A stretch of DNA of 11,782 bases from an uncultured bacterium. GTDB taxonomy: Bacteria > CSSED10-310 > CAZUFC01. The notes below the pieces were generated by a model that worked only from the letters and a program-made list of their open reading frames with translations, did not search any database and had not been told where the DNA came from. The translations under genes were made by a program, and so were the position numbers. Positions 7,884-11,782 of the stretch are shown here, piece by piece. Within the stretch, counting starts at the first letter, position 1, and every line of letters begins with the position of its first letter. Location: positions 1-11,782 of the forward strand of contig CAZUFC010000193.1 of the NCBI GenBank assembly GCA_964619725.1. Direction: 5' to 3'.

Positions 7884-8192
7884 TACATCCCCATTACGGC
7901 CACTCCCGTACCGCCGACTCAAACGCCCACGCAAACCCTCACCCCATCCCCCGTACCGACTAATTCGCCCACTCTTACACCTACGTTTACGCCGACTCAA
8001 TCCCCCTCTTCTTCGCCCACCGACACTCCTACTTTTACTACCACAGCAACTCTCACGCCTGCAGAAACGCATACCCCCACTATAACTCCCGTGCCGCCGC
8101 CCATTCCCGCTGCTTCGCAGTCCGTCATCATTATCCTGATCCTCGCACTGACGGCATTGATCGGTATCAGGAACACGACACGGAAAAAATAA
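5559..8192 (+). CDS. 3' part of the same giant beta-helix protein (-1 frame; true continuation from ~5589): rest of module 5, module 6, P/T stalk, IPTL-CTERM-like anchor
   Basis: Resumes exactly at GFIFHTNE, the motif that follows ENSGR in every other module. The TTG at 5559 has no signal peptide and its first 10 aa are non-homologous. Joined product 1723+867 = 2590 aa. Confidence 0.88.
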   Translation: MRHRLRKQRQGFIFHTNENRHSVVRGFTVRRGYIYNQSGLGIYCSHASPTIENCIIKDNSASTGRHGGGIYCLSSEAVISGCTIHHNSCPNGYGGGISGRYSSPEISDCTVTENYSREGGGMFFYFGYPTVDRCTVENNTAEYWGGGIYSDVSSLILTNSALSNNKTNNQSGGGFYGFYTSPAIANCLFYGNTAAGAGGGILCDYINPLILNCTFSGNSAGNGGAVYCEDSSPKIINSILWGDAPNEIRTTGDSFPIVEYCDIEDGYSGEGNLDENPIFYPGLQGIHYLAQLAAGQGWQSVCADAGADLAADVCFLTGDGIHCLDEYTTRTDHVADQGLADLGHHYPMPVSPTPTMTPTPSPTQMPATATPEHVIYVPEDYDTIQAAIDAAEEGDMVLVSDGTYTGTGNKNLDFHGKEIITASVSGPELCVIDCENSGRGFHFHTNENRRSILDGFTIQNGYNYNQDGAGIYCNRTSPVIKNCIIMNNSTSTGQRGGGIYCYEAEPLIENCTVTGNTCPNGYGGGIAGRYASPVIIKCDVTDNYARSGGGMHFYLGYPTVDDCTVTNNTSTYWGGGIYSDVSELNLTNSVLAYNAAENQNGAGFYGHYISSVIINCLFHHNSAAGTGGGIFCDYNDAVIMNCTFTDNTASNGGAVYCDDSSPQLINCILWSDTPNEFNYTGDSIPVLNYCDVEDGFSGDGNIDADPVFTSGSLGDHYLSQTAAGQTIDSPCKDAGDSPSSDVCYRTDKWIMCMNQAFTRTDEITDDGIVDMGYHYYIPITATPVPPTQTPTQTLTPSPVPTNSPTLTPTFTPTQSPSSSPTDTPTFTTTATLTPAETHTPTITPVPPPIPAASQSVIIILILALTALIGIRNTTRKK
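5588..5594 (+). other. single-base frameshift site (one base missing in GGGTTTT)
   Basis: AGC GGC AGG GTT TTA versus expected AGC GGC AGG GGT TTT ATT (S-G-R-G-F-I). Module starts 1531, 2818, 4105, 5392, 6678 give spacings 1287, 1287, 1287, 1286. Confidence 0.92.
7884..8102 (+). other. 73-aa Pro/Thr/Ser-rich stalk
   Basis: YIPITATPVPPTQTPTQTLTPSPVPTNSPTLTPTFTPTQSPSSSPTDTPTFTTTATLTPAETHTPTITPVPPP. Confidence 0.85.
8103..8192 (+). other. IPTL-CTERM-like C-terminal sorting signal
   Basis: IPAAS motif, then hydrophobic VIIILILALTALIGI, then basic RNTTRKK-stop. This is the tripartite architecture of exosortase-type targets; the canonical motif is IPTLS. Confidence 0.72.
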
Positions 8193-8310
8193 ATAAAAAC
8201 ATGATCTAAAAGAGAGGACGCAGCGGACATAACAGAGATAACAGAGAGAAGACCGGATTGTGCGCTGCCATCGGTATCGTGTATCCGCCGGCAGCATCCA
8301 TCTTCAAAAT

Positions 8311-8339
8311 TTTACGAAACGAAAAAAGTCCTTTATACT
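8311..8339 (+). promoter_or_regulatory. putative sigma70-type promoter upstream of the Omp85 gene
   Basis: TTTACG (8311-8316) - 17 nt - TATACT (8334-8339). Confidence 0.45.
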
Positions 8340-8408
8340 GGGTGAGGTCGTTTTACGCGACCTGATGGGGATGATGAAGGAACCAGGGAAATTATTCATT
8401 GAAACGGA

Positions 8409-10025
8409 TTGAAATACTATTTTATCATGTTTGACGAAAAGCGGCTTTTTTCAGAATTCATTTTTTTTACAATTTTGATCAGCGTCATTTTCGCCGCCAT
8501 TGCCGGCGCAGATGTATCGAACGGTTGCCGCGGCAAGGAAATTGATGAAATATGCATCAGCACTTATGAAATTTTCGATACTTCAGATGAGGAAACTTCT
8601 TCCTGGCCCTACAGGCTGATAAACGCTGTGCATTTTCAAACCAGAAGACAATTCGTCAGTTCCCTGATGACCATAAAACCAGGTGATGAAGCCTCTGATT
8701 CCATACTGGCGGAGAGCGAAAGACTTCTGCGGAGAACGGGTTTTTTGAATCCCGTTTACGTGGAATGCGTCTGCGAAAACGATATTAATAGAGTGTACGT
8801 TGAAACGCATGACCAGTGGACCACCAAGCTGGCTTTGAACTACGGACGTTACGGTAAGCGTCAGGAGGGCGGGGTGTCGCTGGAGGAGCAGAATTTTCTG
8901 GGCTGGGGCAAAACCGTTGTGCTGGACGTCAGGTACACAAGCGAGAGAACAACCAATAAAATCGAGTATTATGATCCTCTGCTTTTCGGTTCGAGATGGC
9001 GGCTTAACCTCGGCTATAACGATGCCACAGACGGACATGCCCAGACTTTAAAACTGAGATATCCCTTTTTCTCGCTGTCGACCAGCCGGGCGGGTGGAAT
9101 AGAATGGCAGCGCGAAAAAATACATGAATGGCTGTGGTCGGAAGGAGAAAAAGTTGCCGGCGGCGATGAATATCGGCGAAGTTTCCGGATATGGTACGGT
9201 TATCGTTTGCCGGGTCAACGGGACGTGAACGACAGGTTCAAAATCGGTTTCTTTTCGGATAAATATGAATTCGAAAACTGGAAGCGAAAAAATGACGGCG
9301 AATTCGTTCATCCGGAAGACCTCTCACTTTCAGGCGTGGAATTCGGTTGGGAAAGGGAAACGGACAGTTGGGAGGTCGTTGAAGGATTTCGAGCCTGGGC
9401 GCGTCAGGAGGATATTCCCCTGGGTCCTAACTGGGAAATTAAAGCCGGCATTCCCCTGGTTCCCGACTCCGACGATCCTCGTACCCTCTCCCTGGAAGGC
9501 TCGTTCGTCGCAGGCATGCTGAAGGGAAGACAATATAGCTGGTGCAAGACAGACCTGGCAGGAAGAATAGAAAATGGCGAACCTGTGGATTTTTTGACGG
9601 AATTCGAGTTGGGCAGCGCCATGACCGGCAAAATGGGTTGGCGCGCCAAAATTTCATGGGATATGGGTTATAAGCTTAACGACAACAAACAGTTGACCCT
9701 CGGCGTTGATGAAGGGCTCAGAGGTTGGGACCCTGATACTTTCGACGGAACTTCCCGGGTCCTGGTCAACATGGAATGGCGTCGTCGTCTGACAGACGAA
9801 ATATGGAACCTGGGCGTCTTCGGTTTGACCTTCTTTGTCGATACGGGAAAGACTTGGGGCGCCAGAATCGGCCCTGATACCGACGGATGGAGAACCGATT
9901 TCGGATTCGGCCTCACTGCCGAAAGCACCAAAGCAGCCGTCCTGCGTCTGATAAGACTGGAAGTAGCATTCCCTGACGACGCCGGCGGTCCTGTTTTTCT
10001 GATTACCGGTATACCTATGTTTTAA
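8409..10025 (+). CDS. Omp85 superfamily (BamA/TamA-like) outer-membrane beta-barrel with a short N-terminal POTRA-like region
   Basis: N-terminal hydrophobic signal (FIFFTILISVIFAAIAGA). POTRA-like segment (TRRQFVSSLMTIKPGD...ESERLLRRTGFL). ExNFLGWGK barrel-start motif, alternating beta-strands, L6 motif GLRGW (9717-9728, VRGF/Y-like), FFVDTGKTW, C-terminal Phe. The start may be ATG 8427 rather than TTG 8409. Confidence 0.85.
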   Translation: MKYYFIMFDEKRLFSEFIFFTILISVIFAAIAGADVSNGCRGKEIDEICISTYEIFDTSDEETSSWPYRLINAVHFQTRRQFVSSLMTIKPGDEASDSILAESERLLRRTGFLNPVYVECVCENDINRVYVETHDQWTTKLALNYGRYGKRQEGGVSLEEQNFLGWGKTVVLDVRYTSERTTNKIEYYDPLLFGSRWRLNLGYNDATDGHAQTLKLRYPFFSLSTSRAGGIEWQREKIHEWLWSEGEKVAGGDEYRRSFRIWYGYRLPGQRDVNDRFKIGFFSDKYEFENWKRKNDGEFVHPEDLSLSGVEFGWERETDSWEVVEGFRAWARQEDIPLGPNWEIKAGIPLVPDSDDPRTLSLEGSFVAGMLKGRQYSWCKTDLAGRIENGEPVDFLTEFELGSAMTGKMGWRAKISWDMGYKLNDNKQLTLGVDEGLRGWDPDTFDGTSRVLVNMEWRRRLTDEIWNLGVFGLTFFVDTGKTWGARIGPDTDGWRTDFGFGLTAESTKAAVLRLIRLEVAFPDDAGGPVFLITGIPMF

Positions 10026-10032
10026 TTAAACT

Positions 10033-11685
10033 GTGATCTGCAATAATCGGAATGTGAAAGTTATCGAAAATCATCAGTCAGCATTCGAAAATCACGCTGA
10101 CTCATTCGAAAGTCCCGGAGAGTATTGTACATCATCGAAAATGAAATGTTCGGCTTTCATCGCCCTGACTCTCCTGACGTGCCTGATCTTCTCCTATAAC
10201 GTTCACAAACATTACTTCCTGGGCGATGACGCCTTCATCAGCTTTCGATACGCCTCCAACCTGGTTAAAGGATGCGGACCTGTATGGAATTGCGGGGAAC
10301 GGGTCGAAGGATACACCAACTTCTTGTGGGTCATTCTTATGGCCGCAGGAATGAAAATGAGCATCAAGCCGGAAATTTTTTCCAATGTTATAGGCATCAT
10401 TTCAGGCGCAGCCGTGCTTTTCCTGCTTTACAAGTTATCCGCCGACAGGCTGGGTCCGTATAATCCGCTGAATTTTATCGCTCCTTTAACGTTATCCTTG
10501 AGCCGCACATTTACGGGCTGGTGTACCGGCGGACTGGAAACCCAGTTTTTCGCCCTTATGCTCTTCGGGGCATTTCTCTGCTTTATAAAGGAAAGACGCG
10601 AGCCCGGCCGACGCTTGTACGGTTCTTCCATTCTCTTTGCAATCGCAGGACTGACGCGGCCGGAAGGCATTATGTTCGCCGCTGCGGCAGGCGGTTTCTT
10701 CCTTTTAGACGTCATAAGCAAAAAAAGAAAAATTACATCGTTTCTTTTCTGGCTTGCTCCCGTCGTTACAATCATAGGCGGTCATCTGATATGGAGAAAA
10801 TCGTATTACGGATACTGGACGCCCAATTCGTTTTACGCCAAAGTCAACGGAATCTGGATCGAACAGGGTATCAAATTTGTCTCCCTGTTCCAGCAAGACT
10901 ATAAGATACTTTATTTTCTGCCCCTGGCCCTTCTTACCGTCATAATTCGTCATTCATACAGGCATCTGTTGTTTCTGACCGTCATTACAATTCATATCCT
11001 TTACCTGATAGGCATCGGCGGCGACAGGTTCGAATTCCGTTTTCTGATCTTTATTTTTCCTTTTCTTTACGGAATCATCGCAGAAGGAATAACGCTCATT
11101 ACTCAATGGCCGCCCCGTAACGCTTTTCTGAACGGTCTTAAATACGCGCTCGCTGCAGCCGGCGGCGCAGCCCTTATCATTGCGACTTTTTTCGGTTCGC
11201 TTAAAGAAATCCCCGATGAAAGAAACGGCATCGCTTCTCTCCATAGAATAAAATCTTTTGCCGATGAACGCATTCAATCCGGCAAAATCGTCCGATCCTT
11301 CATCAAAAAAGGACTCCTCCCCGACGATGTGCTGCTTTGCGTTTACGGAGCCGGCGCCCTGCCTTACTATACCGAATGGCCCGCTGTTGATTATTTCGGC
11401 ATTAATGATGAATTCATCGCCCATCTGCCTGTAAAAAAACGCAGAAAAATAGCTCATGAGAAAACAGCTCCCTTATCCTACCTTCAGGAAAGAGGAGTAG
11501 AAGTTTGGGACAGATACAACAGGCTGGCTATGAAGGAAGTCCCCAGACGCAATTCAGGCAGCATAGGCAGAGGAGGAAAATGGCGAACGCTGAAAATCGA
11601 CGGCTATTACATGAATTTCGTCTCATTTCTCTCTGACGAACAATTCGAAAAAAGATTCGGCCGCTCGCGCCTTTTTGTAAAATAA
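10033..11685 (+). CDS. GT-C fold polytopic membrane glycosyltransferase (AftB/ArnT/PMT-like, lipid-phosphate-sugar dependent)
   Basis: TM1 followed by DDAFISFRYASNLVKGxGPVWNxGERVEGYTNFLW (acidic DD at 10225-10230). GLET, TRPEG, PNSFYAK and GGD..FRF motifs, about 10 or more hydrophobic segments, and a soluble C-terminal domain GALPYY...DYFGIND...HEK. Start uncertain: GTG 10033 or ATG 10141. Confidence 0.8.
   Translation: MICNNRNVKVIENHQSAFENHADSFESPGEYCTSSKMKCSAFIALTLLTCLIFSYNVHKHYFLGDDAFISFRYASNLVKGCGPVWNCGERVEGYTNFLWVILMAAGMKMSIKPEIFSNVIGIISGAAVLFLLYKLSADRLGPYNPLNFIAPLTLSLSRTFTGWCTGGLETQFFALMLFGAFLCFIKERREPGRRLYGSSILFAIAGLTRPEGIMFAAAAGGFFLLDVISKKRKITSFLFWLAPVVTIIGGHLIWRKSYYGYWTPNSFYAKVNGIWIEQGIKFVSLFQQDYKILYFLPLALLTVIIRHSYRHLLFLTVITIHILYLIGIGGDRFEFRFLIFIFPFLYGIIAEGITLITQWPPRNAFLNGLKYALAAAGGAALIIATFFGSLKEIPDERNGIASLHRIKSFADERIQSGKIVRSFIKKGLLPDDVLLCVYGAGALPYYTEWPAVDYFGINDEFIAHLPVKKRRKIAHEKTAPLSYLQERGVEVWDRYNRLAMKEVPRRNSGSIGRGGKWRTLKIDGYYMNFVSFLSDEQFEKRFGRSRLFVK
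10064..10115 (+). repeat. degenerate 21-nt tandem repeat (x2.5) with internal inverted repeat
   Basis: TCGAAAATCATCAGTCAGCAT / TCGAAAATCACGCTGACTCAT / TCGAAAGTCC at 10064, 10085, 10106. AGTCAGC (10076-82) and GCTGACT (10096-102) are reverse complements. Confidence 0.6.
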
Positions 11686-11742
11686 TAATGGGCTGATCAA
11701 ATAGGGGTTACAAATTGTGATCTCGATACTCAAAAAGAACTT

Positions 11743-11782
11743 TCGTGCTCAGCGAAGCGGCGCTCGTGCTCGTAATCGTAAT
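11743..11782. repeat. start of a hexameric TCGTGC/TCGTAA REP-like repeat, truncated by the window end
   Basis: TCGTGC TCAGCG AAGCGG CGC TCGTGC TCGTAA TCGTAA T. Confidence 0.5.

Noticed and set aside
421-8192. Classical autotransporter (Pmp) call based on GGAI/FxxN motifs
   Set aside because: The C-terminus is a P/T stalk, TM helix and basic tail, not a beta-barrel.
421-8192. Abundant N-x-S/T sequons as evidence of N-glycosylation
   Set aside because: Expected by-product of the beta-helix Asn ladder (NNT, NCT, NST); many of these Asn are probably buried.
7773-11457. Short alternative-frame and antisense ORFs overlapping the stalk, Omp85 and GT genes
   Set aside because: They largely overlap well-supported genes and show no recognisable motifs.
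11713-11731. CRP-like site AATTGTGATCTCGATACTC
   Set aside because: Only the TGTGA half-site matches; the second half (TACTC vs TCACA) does not.

Overview
AT-rich leader (1-420) followed by three co-oriented + strand genes from a diderm bacterium (inferred from the Omp85 gene). (1) A giant secreted surface protein (421-8192, ~2590 aa if joined) with a signal peptide, six tandem Cys-rich right-handed beta-helix (pectin-lyase-like/Pmp GGAI-FxxN type) modules joined by Pro/Thr linkers, a 73-aa Pro/Thr stalk and an IPTL-CTERM-like sorting tail. A single missing base at ~5588-5594 splits it into two ORFs (module spacing 1287, 1287, 1287, then 1286 nt). (2) A short-POTRA Omp85 (BamA/TamA-like) beta-barrel (8409-10025). 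(3) A GT-C fold, AftB/ArnT/PMT-like membrane glycosyltransferase (10033-11685). The order beta-helix passenger / Omp85 / glycosyltransferase parallels hmw1ABC but uses different components. It may be an undescribed secretion-glycosylation locus; this is inference from one window. Non-coding oddities: two 43-nt palindromic repeats in the leader, a 21-nt period repeat at the start of gene 3, and a truncated hexameric repeat at the window end.
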